NCBI GenBank assembly: GCA_009103225.1
Contig: RHPI01003488.1
Location: 497,803-561,802 of the forward strand
Length of the DNA: 64,000 bases
Origin: Chlorokybus atmophyticus
Taxonomy: Eukaryota > Plantae > Mesostigma and Chlorokybus algae
Direction: 5' to 3'
Part shown: positions 23,900 through 36,080 of the stretch, in pieces
How the letters are laid out: each line of letters starts with the position of its first letter
How positions within the stretch are numbered: position 1 is the first letter of the stretch
Notes under the pieces: model-generated
Told to the model about the DNA's origin: nothing
Database searches by the model: none
The model's input: only the letters and a program-made list of their open reading frames with translations
Program-made: the position numbers and the translations under genes

Positions 23900-26800
23900 T
23901 AGTACGTCACGTACCTTTGTTCACCGCCACGTCAGCTCTTCGACACGTTTGCCTGTCACTGTCAGATTGACCTTGAACTCACTCTCGAACAGACTCTCGC
24001 TCCAATGAATAAAGAGATCTTCGTGGAGTATCTTCGGCGCCTGTTTGCCAGCTGGTATACAAGCCCAAGGTTCAGTTGTTACTAAGAGAGTGACTGGCTA
24101 GTGCGCCAGAAGCGTGCTGCATTCTTACGGCTTGGCCAAGGGCACATTCCCAACGTCAGCCTCGGCCGCATCGCAGGCAAGGTGACGGTGCATTGCTGCA
24201 TGGTATGCCCGCTAGACTGCATGCACAAGCAGCAGGCATGGTTGGGGTAGATTGGAGCTCTTAGCCTTCAAGTTGAGCACGTTGGAGGCCATTGCCATTG
24301 TGCTCAGGCGCAGGTACGTAGGCGTTGCAGCACGATGGCTGAGGCGGACAAGGAGGGCAACCAGATCTCGTACTGGCCGCACATCCCCGACCGCTTCAAC
24401 ATCTTCATCAGCGACTGGATCGTCTGCAGCCATGGCCTGGAGTACTGCTACAGGTACGGCGAGGACCACCGCATGACCAACAACATGAAGTGGGAGGACC
24501 AGGTCACAGAGGACGACTGTGAGATGTTCCAGGACGAACTGGATGATAGGGAGCCACTTGACGTCAGCAACGACTACACAATCCTTGACAACGACATGTG
24601 CACTTGCGCTGCTGGTTGTGCTGACTTGTGTGTAACACCCATGCATGGACAGGACTGCGTGCTTCCAGCATCGACCAGGGGGATGCAAGAGCTGCCTTGA
24701 CTTCGTCAGCATGGTGCGGGCGAAAAGGGAGCAAGCCAAGCAGCAAAGGGGAAGGGGAAGGGGAAGGGGAAGGGGCGCCTTGCCTTGACTGGCTCAGCGT
24801 GCCAGTTGGCAACACGGGGTAACTACTACAACAGTTGCTGGACATGTGTAATGCATTGCTGCATCAGCTTTTGCAGTATTTCGTGCATGGTAGGAAGCTT
24901 GATGTGGTGAGATGCAGCGAGCAGCATCCAGACTGACGGAAGGCTGTGCTGCAGGGTTGCTGAGGATAGGCGAAGGTGATGAGACCGTCTATGAATGGTT
25001 CATGAGTGCACCACATACCATTGTGCACAACGACACCGGGTTGCCATTGTGGCGCTTCTGTGAGCTCGCAGGCATGTTGTATGGAATGCGGTCTCTGTAT
25101 GCACCAATGTGGATGTTAGGACAAGATTGTACGCCGTTGTTGATACTTCAATGTGTATGTCCTGTATAGTATGGATGTGTATGTTGTGGTAGCTGGAGGT
25201 ACTTTCATTCGTTACATATCGGTAGTTGCGTATAGGGTTACAACAAACCTGTCATCATCACATGTGCGCACATGCATCACCACCAGATGCTGAAGCGTGG
25301 CGAGGTTGTCTCTTTGCAATTGCTTGGAAATATGCGCTCTGACCAAGCAACCGATTGAGTATACTGCATTGCGCATGCAGCGTTCACACGAAGAAAAGCG
25401 CCACCTTTCGGGGTGGCGCAGTGACACTTCTCAGTCGACCACGCAGTAACACTGCTGCATTTGTATTACACGGTCTGCTTGGGCAAAGCAGCCAGCGCGC
25501 TTGTGATTGAACAAAGTGTTACTGTCACTTTCAAGTCACCGCACATTGCGCCAACACCGATATGTAGCATATGTGACAAGACATTGTACATGTGTCTCGT
25601 CACAAACGAGGACCTGGCCACAATGACCGTGTAAGCCAAGCACCAATGGATTCAGGAAGTGTTGTTTCCGATGCAGCTGCGCAATCCTTCACTCTGCGCA
25701 ACACCTTAGATTGCGCAACTCCAGCTTCGTCAGCCGCCGCTGCATGCGGACTCTATGTATGTGAACTAAAGCCTCTGATGATGTGGTGGGCATCATCTGG
25801 GTAGGTGGGTGATGAGCTCAGTGGCGGCCACCTGCTAGCAACCATGGCTATGTATGAGGTAAGTGCATACAGCGCCTCGCTTTGCCAATATGCACTCTGT
25901 TTGGCTCGGCTTACATGGAACGCAAGCGAGGAAGAGTTTGACTTCATGCAGCACATGGGTACGTGTCGAGCACGCTTCTGTTGCTTGGGTAGGGGTTGTC
26001 ATCCGTTGCAGTCGACCAAGACAACTCCCTTCACCACAATTTCTTGGGCTCCAGCGTGTACCTCAGAGGTGATTGGTTGAGTTGTTCGAGAGTCTGTCCA
26101 CCATTTAGCACAGTGTGTTGGGTTGACTGCACGTCAATTGTTGTGGCATCATATGCATACTGTCATGTAGCCCTCCCATGCAATGGTTACGAACGCACAC
26201 AACATAATACGCGAGCACGTGCACGCATGCACACTCTTTCTTGCTCTGTCCTTGCTTGCACATTTGCACTTATATGCATGTGTGAACAGGCTGGGTGTTT
26301 TGCACCCACGGCTACGGCCGCGAGTGTTGCGACGGGTGCGCAGTTGACTACCGCTAAGACCAACAATGCTCTCTGGGATGCGCATGCTACCGAAGATGAC
26401 CTCTTGTACTTCACCAGCGCCCCAGATGACAGGAAGCCACTCAACGTATTTGGATTGTACGTGGTGCTCAAAGGCGAAAGGTATGTGTTGTATTGCAGCC
26501 TTGCAGTATGCTTGCTGCAGCATCACGTAGCTGCAGCAAGCATTTTATGCGTGCTGGTTGGCAATGTAGTACAGCTGCTTCAACTCATTTCCCCTCTTTT
26601 TCCCCTCTTTGCTGTGACAGGACAGCATCGCCGTGTGGGATGCATGTGATGTTTAAACTTTGTTGCTCGGAGTCGGCAACATGCGCACAAGTCGAAGAAA
26701 CTCTCGTGGTTGACGCGCACGACAGCCTACTTGGGGATGCGCCACATGTGAGATTTGTGTATCAGCACCTGTGAGTGAAGTAACGACCAGGCGTGGCATA

Positions 26801-26900
26801 AACCCCTGACGAACGCCGCAGAGTTGAAGTGTTTGCAGATCGTGCCCTTGGCGGAAGCATGCGTGTCCGCTTCTTTTCATATGGACTGGACCACGCATTC
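23900..26900 (+). pseudogene. Decayed coding-like fragments of unknown family
   Basis: Protein-like frames with scattered stops: DLELTLEQTLAPMNKEIFVEYLRRLFASW (~23970), IVCSHGLEYCYRYGEDHRMTNN (24335-24700, strong G/C-ending codon bias), YEWFMSAPHTIVHNDTGLPLW (~24990), LYFTSAPDDRKPLNVFGLYVVLKG (~26400). No continuous model could be built. Confidence 0.35.
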
Positions 26901-28834
26901 GCGCTACGCTAGTCGCTTATGTTGTAGTAGGTGCTCTGTTGGCGTAGTCTTGCAGGAGGTGCAGCACCCTGAATGCAAACAGCGAATCTGTATGCTTAGA
27001 TGTTTGCTGGGTGTGGCTTGTTACAGCAGGCTGCAGCTGAATTATTCATTACACTCGCATGCACACGCATACGAAGGACGTCCGCTGCATTTGCTTCAAA
27101 TCATGAGGCAGCCGTTGAGTGACTTGTCCAAGGGGACAACCTTAGCGCGTTGTGGCGGGGCACTTTATGGTTGGTTTGCGTCTATGCAAATAGCGTAATG
27201 ACGCCTGATGCTGGTACATTGCACTGATAGGTTGTGGCAACACAATTAAAAGTGCCGATCTAAGCAATGCATACAGCATGCAAACAAGTTTCAGGACTGG
27301 ACTCTTACTAGCCCCAATTGCTACTCGCGTTGCCTGCGTGACTAGGAACTGGCAATTGCTTAATTGTATGTACCTGTATACAGTCACCTGTGGGGCTACA
27401 CTACTACATCAAGCTGGCAGTCAGATGCTGCAACAACCCCTTAACTTGCGTAAAGCGCGCGGGTACACACGCGCACACATCAATGCGCGTACACGCACGC
27501 AAGCGCGCACCAAGACAAGCTGCACCTCATTGCATGGTACAACCGTGCAGTCAGTTGTCCGGTTTCTTTCATCTTTGGAGAACGATGCCGAGACTGTATT
27601 GGCATTATTGTTGCCCGGAGAGACACAGGGCAGAAAGATGGATATTGTGGCATCCGACCTGGGTTGGGACTTGCGGACATTGTTTCTTTAGGAGCTAGAG
27701 CTTGTGCATTAGAGTAGCAAGCTAGCAGCAGGCTAAGAGGCGCAAGCATGATAACCTTGACCCGGCCGACGATTTTGTACCTCTTGCTAAGAAGACACCA
27801 GTTGGTGATAAGAGCCCTTGGAAAAGCTATCTTGCGACATGGGTTGGACAGCAGGTGCTTTGTGGACTCTACCGCCTTGTTGTGATAGTGCATATCAAGT
27901 CCACTCGAACGCACACATGTTACCGGTATTGGCAGTGGCGATGAGGTGCATACACTTTGCGAGTCCACCTGACGTGGCGCTACCTTGTTGTAGGATGTAA
28001 CGTTGCATTCGCCAGCAACTCATCTGTCTAGATAATGGCTGTGCGGTTGAAATATCATACAGATGCAATGCACTACTGCATGTGATGTGTGGGTGTGCGC
28101 GATGTTGGGTGGACTTTGTTGTGACCATTGTAGTACTACCATCACTTACCACGGACCCCGGGAGCTGAGGGATATGCCTGACAAAGCACATTTTGCAGCT
28201 CCATGCTGTTGCTTGCACGACCAACTACCAGCCTGCAGTGCTGGAATGAACGTAACATGGCACTTGCTCGCACACTTTTGCAAACAACGCAGCAGTGCAA
28301 GTTATTTAGGTGTGAGACAAAGAGGCAGCCGACGCACTGGGAAAGCTGAGCTACAATCATGATTGCGAACCGCTGTGCAACTCAGCACACAGCAACTGCG
28401 AGCTGACATGGTTACATACATCACTGCCCTTCCAGCCAGCGCCAATATGTATGCTGGCCTCATATAAACGCAAACAGTTGCACTAGTAATCATCCTGGAT
28501 TATCCTTAGGGGTCGAGACTTACTGGGAAGCCTCATTTTGCTCTGCAGCGCCTTCAGTTTCTTGTTGCTCGGCAACTTTCCATGCAGCGAATGCCGCCTC
28601 CAACTCTGCAAGCCCCACCCTCAGGCGGGCAGCCCTCCTGTCGTCATAGCAAGACCATCACATTCTCAGTGCTTGTCGTCAACATCGTGTTCATGCACAT
28701 GCATCTTGGCGAGCTTCTTCCACAACTTGTTGTTGCGTGTGGTCTGCAAACTGCCACGCCGCAGACGGCACAGCAGGTGCACCAATCAGGTACACCCTCA
28801 GTGCAACAGCAATTCAACAAGTAAGATTGTTAAC

Positions 28835-29962
28835 TTACGGCTTGACAATCTTGGCATAAGGAAGCTCCCTTATAATGCTTCTGACATCACCATCCTCCAC
28901 TAGAGACTGCAATGCACACAATTTCAGTCAGCTCTGTAAGGCGCTGGACAAGCTGCGCAGTCGGATCTCAATAAAACATCCCACAGAAGCACTGTGAGCA
29001 TTCAGATGACATACATTATTCTTCAATCGCAGAAGGCGCGAGCGCGGCTTCTTGGTGTTGAGATGCTGCTTGCAGGAGTGGCGCCTGACCAGAAGACCGC
29101 TGCCGGTCAACTTGAATCGCTTGGCCGCTGCCTGAACAACAATTGCAACAGTTGGTTATAAGTCACCAACCATGTCTTGTAACTCTACTGTTCTCAGTCT
29201 ACCCAACCAAACATGCCGCACCTGTGAAACAACTGGGCAGCCTGTTATTGTGGGAACCCAAATGCCACTACTAACTGTTTTAAGCTATTTCCAATTAAGC
29301 ATCTCTCGATTGAGAATGCTGTCTGTGATGTGGCAGCACATGGCTGTTTATGAGTTGTCGGTGAGCTACAGCGTGAATGAGTTGTGCTGTACACTGTTGT
29401 CCAACACTGGCAGTGGCAAGACAGCAATGTGAACGCCTCCTGACGTGTAAGCCAGTAAGCAACAATTGGATGCGCTCAGTATGGATGAACATTGATTGTT
29501 GTTTGTTAATAAAATAGTGTCATAATCAATATCACTACTACTTGGCGGTAACACCCGAACGGTGCTTTGCGACAAGTAACCGCGACCATTGCGTTCATTC
29601 CGTGCACACAATCCCAAATGTTGAACAGCAAATCTTACGTTGTACTTGAGACATGCGAGGTGCTTTCATAACGCACATTGCCACCCGCGCATTGCCTAGT
29701 GCGATGACATGACACAAAGCAGCAAGCACAAACGGCACTGACAATGCAGCCAGCCATGCTGGTTTGCAAGATCGCAACTAACCTTGCGGGTCTTGAGCTT
29801 GAGCTTGGCCTGAACAAGCGCAGGACGAGCGGCGGCGGCAGCGGGCTTGCGGGCGATCGACAACGACTGGCCAGCAAACTGGCTCGCGGAGAAGCCCACG
29901 GACTTCGCCGTAGCCTTGGCACGCGGCAACCTCAGCACACTGGCTGAGATGGTACCCGCCAT
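28835..29962 (-). CDS. RPL35: Plastid 50S ribosomal protein L35 (bL35c) with transit peptide, 3 exons
   Basis: Exons 29962-29783 (transit peptide + KLKTRK), 29131-29015 (AAAKRFKLTGSG...RRHSCKQHLNTKK), 28906-28835 (SLVEDGDVRSIIRELPYAKIVKP*). They splice in frame. Confidence 0.93.
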
Positions 29963-30033
29963 CGCTACTTCTCCTCCTCCTCGCCGGCCGCCTCCTCCTC
30001 CTCCTGCTCCTTCTCCTGCGCCGCCGCCCAGGG

Positions 30034-30153
30034 AAACCCTAATCTTGTGGAGCTAACGTTAGCCACAAAAAGCGGATAATAACGCGGGTGACGTGTCCGC
30101 CACCCTGCCGCGTAACGCCAAGGCGTAATATACGCCCGTGCGTTACGCTGGGC
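30034..30153. promoter_or_regulatory. RPL35 promoter: telo-box AAACCCTAA (30034-30042) and site-II-like TGGGCT (~30149)
   Basis: Both motifs lie 70-190 bp upstream of the ATG. This pair is established for angiosperm ribosomal-protein promoters; function here is inferred. Confidence 0.45.
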
Positions 30154-30761
30154 TCGCTACCACTTCATCATTTTTTAGTACTAGTGAATCACTAGCGTAA
30201 CGGCATGACGGCTGTCAATCACGTCTCTCGGTTACAGCAGCTGTCACGTGAGCAGTACTGGCAAACAAAGATCATCACTGGGTCAGTGACAAAAGGCGAG
30301 CATTGTTGATGACGGCCCAGCTGGCCACTTGCGGAGTGGGTGATGATGAGAACGGATCAGCTGGTACAGTCGGTATCTTGTTTTGCTCACACTCCCTCCA
30401 CTCAATGAGCTGCTGTACAATCCCAGGTAGCTATAGTTTGACGACAGATTTGAGCTTGGAGGGCGCAAAGGAGCGTAGCAGAAAAGGGCTAAACGCTGGT
30501 AGCTCCCAGCTTGCCTACTGAAATGTTATATCACACAGGTACACCGTCTACTCGATGAGCTGCAGTACAACCCCAGGTAGATCTGATTTGACAACAGATT
30601 GAATGAGCTTGGAGTACGCATTGGAGTATGGTATAGTAGTAGTGTAGCAGGGTAGTAGGGTAGTATAGCCAGCCAGTGGGAAAGTGATCTCTGCTAGATA
30701 TACCACACTCTGTGGATGTGTCGAGTTTGCTGCAGCCCCTGCCAGCTGAAAAGCAGCAGCG

Positions 30762-33700
30762 ATGACGGTCTTCCATGAGCGGGGAGACCGATCTGGCTGG
30801 TGGCTTGAGGGAGCATCATCATCCAAAACAACATCATCATCGTCGTCATCATCCGTCTCATCTTCCCACTTGCTGTCGCCTCGTGCGTTGCTGGCGCACA
30901 CGCGCAAGCAGCAGCGGGCCCTGCCATGGCGCGCAAGCCTGCCCCCGCTGCAGGTGCCACACGACAACGCCGCATCAACATCAGGTTAGGCTCAAGCACA
31001 TCGTGCAATTGGTGGTTATGTGCGGTACGCTGCACTGTGTCGCGCAATATGTGCTGTAGTATGCGAAGGTGTGGTGAAGTGTAGAGTACTAAGGGATAGC
31101 ACACTTCGATGCGGGCTGGTACAGGTGTTTTGGTCGTAATGAAGTGCAGTGTACTCCACTGCACACACTACTCTGATTGTAGCATCGTCTAGTGCAGTTG
31201 CACGTGTGTATATCTGTGCGTATGAATGTGCGCGCGCGCGTCCACGTGTGCGCGTGTGAGTGCGTGTGAGTGGGCGTGGGCATGCATGTGTGTGTGTGGG
31301 CGTGCGAGTGGCTATGCCTGTGCCTGTGCGTGTATGTGCATCTGCGCATGGGTGGGCTTGTACGCACGCATGCGTTTGCATATGCGTGCGTACAAGCGCT
31401 TGTGTGAGCGTGTGCGTGTGCGGGCGTGTGTATTTGTGGTGAGCGTGTGTCTTATGGAGCGAGTTGCTCTGGCACACGCTTTACCATACATTGCTTGTAG
31501 CGATGTGGCAACATCACATCATTGCGCATAACGCAACGCACCGATATTTTCTCCAGGAGGCGGAGATGAAGCGGGCAGCTACACAGCGTGGCCGCTATCC
31601 GACCGTTCCTCCTGCGCTTCCCACCCTACGCATCACCACTTCATACACCACCATGTGGGTGAGCCTCACAGTCATGACACGTGGCGGTCTCTGGCGCTGC
31701 GCTGCGAGCTGCTGTGCGCAAAGCTCGCTGCACACCTGAGCGACGCGGACGGCGGCAACGTGTCGTGGTGGGAGGACGCCACTGGATCTGCGCCGTGGAG
31801 AGTGGCAGCGGACCCTGATGTACATAACGCCTGCGTTGAGGTTTGTTGTGGTGGTGGTTGTGATAGTTGTGGTTGCACTTGCTGCTGCTGCTGCTGCTGT
31901 TGGTGGTGTTGCTGTCGTTGTCATTGTGTGTCACTTGTTAATGGTGTTGTTGTTGTGTTGGATACGCCATATGCAAGAAACCAACACTGCATGTGCGCAG
32001 ATGTTGGATGCGTTTGCGGGCGCGAGTGTGGGGCCTGTGCATCGGTCGCTACGTCTCATCAGCAGCGTGCTCAAGACGGTGTCGGCGGCCACCCCTGCAG
32101 TCACGTCGGGACGGCGTTCAACCGCCGATGCGTCCACCCCATCATCATCGCAGGCTGAAGCAGATATAGGCATAGCCACTATGAGTGACAGCTATGCACA
32201 GCGCGACGACACGCCAACCAGGAAGAACGGTGCGATGGCAAAAATAGGGTCATCACCACAGCAACCGAGGAAAAGGAGGATCAAAGGACATGTGCTTGAG
32301 GAGAGCTCGATGCACGCGTCTTCGGCGACAGAACCAACTAATGCGGCTGCTCAGAATGCCAGCGACACGCGGGTCCTCAAGCCAATGGTCATGGACGCGG
32401 ACGCGCTAGTGCGTGTGCACGAAATGCTCGGCACGTGGACTCAACGCAACAGTGGTGTGGCTGTCAACAGAGGAGAGGGTAGCGGTGCCGATGTTGCTGA
32501 CGTTGGTGTTGCGGAGGGCGTGTACACGTCGATTGTGGGGGGAGTGCACGCGGTGGCGTCCCTGCTTGCGTCTCTTGACGAGGGCATCAAAGAGGATTTG
32601 TTGGCAAAGCGCGAGGCGTTTGAGGGTGAGCGCGCGATCACCGTCACCGCACGCAACAACTTCGAGCGTGCACTCGCCGCCGCATCCGCCTTCAGCAACG
32701 CCATCGGCACCACACGCAAGGAGAGCCTCACCGTCGCCACGGACAACAACGACGAAGACGACAAAGAGGACAACAACGATGAGAATGACGATAACAAACC
32801 CACTCTCAGAAAAGCAACTTCGACTCGAACTTTTGCACGCAAGACCGAGCCTGAGTCCACTGCACGTGCACCTGCGGTTGACGCTGCAACCAACACTGTC
32901 AGCAGAGAGTATGTTGACGCGGGGGCGCAGACGGAGAGCGTGAGCGAGGAGCCGGAAGAGGAGGAGGAGAGTGAAGAGTGTGAGAGGGTGGACGCGTGCG
33001 TGCAGGTGGACGACGAGCTTAACGCGTGTGCGCGATGCCAAGCGCGTGATGCTCAGGAGGCTGATGACGGGCGCCAGTCTGCTATAGAAGAGCAACCTTT
33101 GTCAAATGTGTCAAGTCCCACCCCAGTGGAGAGTCTGGTGTTGGATGAACCTAGCCCTGAACCATTTAATGTCGCAAAGGGGAAGCGCAGGGGAAGCCGC
33201 AAGGGATCGAGAGCGAAGGGGGCAACAAGTACAGGAACAACATCAGCAGGGAGGAGACGCACTTTACTACCGGAGGAAGAGAGGGAGAAAGAGAGGGAGA
33301 GCGAGTCTCAGGAAGACGGAGCCGGAGACGGTGATGATGATGTGCAAGCCCAAGAGCGGGTATTAATGGGGTTCTTTACCAGCAGCAGCGGCAAGGAAGC
33401 AGCAGCAGGAGGAGCTCTGCCGCCGGCTGTGGAAGCCAGATCGGTCGGGACGCAGTGTGACGAGGTCCTATCGTGGTTGCCGTCGCTGTCCAACACGGCG
33501 CCAACTGTGCTGCTTGCTGAGCGTGCCGGTGGGGAAATCTCCTTGGATGCAAACGAGAGCTCCCTAGCAGCTCCCACGCCTTCCCCGCCAGCATGGCCGC
33601 CGATACCGCCGCTGCAACGCTCACCCTCTCATGCGCCCCCGCTTAGCCCACGTTTGCAGTCTTCACCTGAAGTGAGCACACAGTGCTTTTGACCTGTCGC

Positions 33701-34968
33701 ATGCCTTAGACTACTGCTCAACTCGTTCTCTCTTGTGTGCAGGCGCAGAGTGAGCCCGGCTCTGCGCGCAAGGCCAATGCGCAGAAGAATTCTGAGCTGA
33801 TGCAGAAGCTGCTCGCAAGCCTCGGGGTGGGATACACTGCACGCGTGCGGCTTGTGCCTGTAGGTGGCACTGGGAACTGAAGTGAGTGTTTGTTTGTTTT
33901 GCACAGGTGCGGGAACCACAAGCCAACGCCAAGGTGCTGCCGCGATGGCAGCTGCTCAAGATACTCGAGCAGATATACGTGGTGAGTAGTGAGCCTAGTT
34001 CAGTGACTGTGAAGGTGATCATCACTCATGACACGTGTTCGTGTCTATGTGCGAGCAGGAAAAATTGCAGCTTCTGGCATCGGAGAAGCCTGCGGCCGCT
34101 GGTGGCAGGATGGCCGAGTTCATGTACACGTATTTCCAGCGCACGTACGGTGTCAAGAGCGTCGCCAAAAGGTGAGCATGCACAAGTCAGTACTCACATT
34201 TGCACTTCGACACGAGTTCACTCTCATCTCCACTGCGCAGGAATCTCGTGGACGTGCTTACTTCTCTCATGACCCTCATCGACTCGGGTATCTTCCAGCC
34301 CAAGGAGTGCGAGGTCCTGCGCGGCAACACGCTGCGCCTGGACTACTTCACCCGCTTCGTGCAACTGGCTTCTAACGGTACTGGTGGATGCTTGATTTAT
34401 TGCTCTGATGCATCAACCTGAAGCAATATGCGTGCAGAGCGCAATCTCGGGGAGGGCGCGTGCGCCTTCTACTTCGCCATGTTGTCGGCGTACCGCGCGG
34501 GTTTGCCGCGTGGCTCGCGCGTGTTCTCCGACTCGCCTCTCAACCCCAACAGCAGCAACGCGGATGCGGTGGTGGGCGTGACGTGGCTCTCGGCCCCCCG
34601 CGCCCTCGAGCTCTACAGGACTCTCCTCGGCTACGATGAACAAGAACACGACAACGCCAGCAGCGGTGCGCGCAGGTTCGGCGAGGTGATAGCCTCTCCA
34701 AACAACATATCTCCGCGCACCAACGAGGCAAGTCTGGAGAAGCTCCTCGCACCGGGCATGGTGAGAGCACATGGTCGAGAGTGTATGAGGAGAGAGAGTT
34801 GGGGGATCGAGACCATTGGGGTTGAGTGTATGTGATGTTGCGCAGAGCGGGGATAAAGAGAGCGTGGACCTGGATCTCTTCCTGGCGGTGTGCACGGAGC
34901 AGTGGCTTGCCAAGCAAATGCCGCCACAGCCACAGCAACCGACGCCACCGCAGCAACAACAACAATAG
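30762..34968 (+). CDS. Large uncharacterised multi-exon protein; acidic low-complexity middle, C-terminal helical domain reminiscent of TSNAXIP1/flagellar-associated proteins
   Basis: Exon 30762-30984 splices in phase to ~31555-31820, then to the long exon of ORF 31818-33692. Later exons: LPRWQLLKILEQIYV|EK..MAEFMYTYFQRTYGVKSVAKR|NLVDVLTSL..LDYFTRFV..VDLDLFLAVCTEQW. The family assignment is weak. Confidence 0.75.
31201..31450 (+). repeat. (TG/GCGT)-rich low-complexity repeat
   Basis: Degenerate TGCGTG/TGTG array inside intron 1 of the 30762 gene; similar tracts at 47350-47760 and 60160-60230. Confidence 0.8.
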
Positions 34969-35108
34969 CAGCAGCCGTGGCAGTAGCAGAGTGCAGCACG
35001 GTTGATAATGGCAAAGGCGCGATTTCATTGTACTTGCACACATTCCCTGGAGTACATAATTGATTGTGTACATCTGTCTACGCTTTATGTACAAGCATGT
35101 AAGTGCAA

Positions 35109-36080
35109 TCATTCCTCCTCTTCTTCCAAGGGTTCTTGATCTATGATGTCAAACATGCTCCTCTGGCGCTGCAAGTAGTCATGATATGCAGCCACATCCT
35201 CCTCATCTTGCTGCTCTTGAGAACTCTGCAGAAGCCGTGGACAACAAACGATGTTAATTGCTGATGACAAAGAAAACGCGCATGTTTGCCCGCGCTAACA
35301 AGCACATCATGCAAAGCGTAAACACACGCACTTGACTGGACAGGGATACGGCCTTGGTATTGTTGTTGCCGTCATAGTTGCTGCTGCTGTCAACATTCTT
35401 GTTGCTTGGACTTAGCCGCCTCCGTGCCTTACTGCGCGTGTACACGCGCTTGCTCCTGTTACAGCGTGCTGGACTCGACCCTGATCCCGCGCGGTGATTG
35501 CCGGCGTCCCTTCTCTCCATCACAAGCTCATCCACGACTTGCTGCCACTGAACAAAGATGACAACGAACAGTTGTGTTACACAACAAAGAGAGTGAAACA
35601 CGTAAGTGGACACGCTGCACTGACCTCTTTGCATACGAGGCGGCAGGCGGCAAGGTGGTTAACGGGTAGGGCGGCGAGAGCGAGTGAGAGCACCTCGCAA
35701 GGCAGACGCGCCGCAGACCGCCACTCGACCGCCGCCCGCCTCTTCCTGATGGTGTGGGGATGCAATGATGTCCTTCTCTCTTCTAACGATGCAGGCGTAT
35801 GCATCAACAACACGCACCTCGCACGCCACTCAGCGATCTGGGCAAGGCGCTCTCGCCAGTTGCACGGCTGAGTGTTGTTGGTGTTATTGTTGTGGCCGCC
35901 AAGCTTGCTGCTGTTGTGTACAGGGGAGGAAAGTAGGATAGCGTCGTCCGAGTCGGGGGAGAAGCGGCCCGGGTGAGTTGTTGAGTTGTTGTTGTGTTCT
36001 TGACTTAGTGATGCTGTCGGGACAGGAGTGGGAACAGGCGAGGCGGGCTGCGCGTCCATGCCGCGTATTGAGGACTCCAT
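35109..36080 (-). CDS. F-box protein with acidic C-terminal Sororin-like motif, 3 exons
   Basis: MESSIRG... ARLPCEVLSLALAALPVNHLAACRLVCKE|WQQVVDE (F-box pattern LP.E.L..I...L....L..C..VCK.W). The last exon SSQEQQDEEDVAAYHDYLQRQRSMFDIIDQEPLEEEEE* splices in phase 0. Confidence 0.8.

Noticed and set aside
30780-31014. Apparent similarity to retroelement pLTR sequence near 50290
   Set aside because: Better explained as exon 1 of the 30762 gene, which splices in phase to the next exon.
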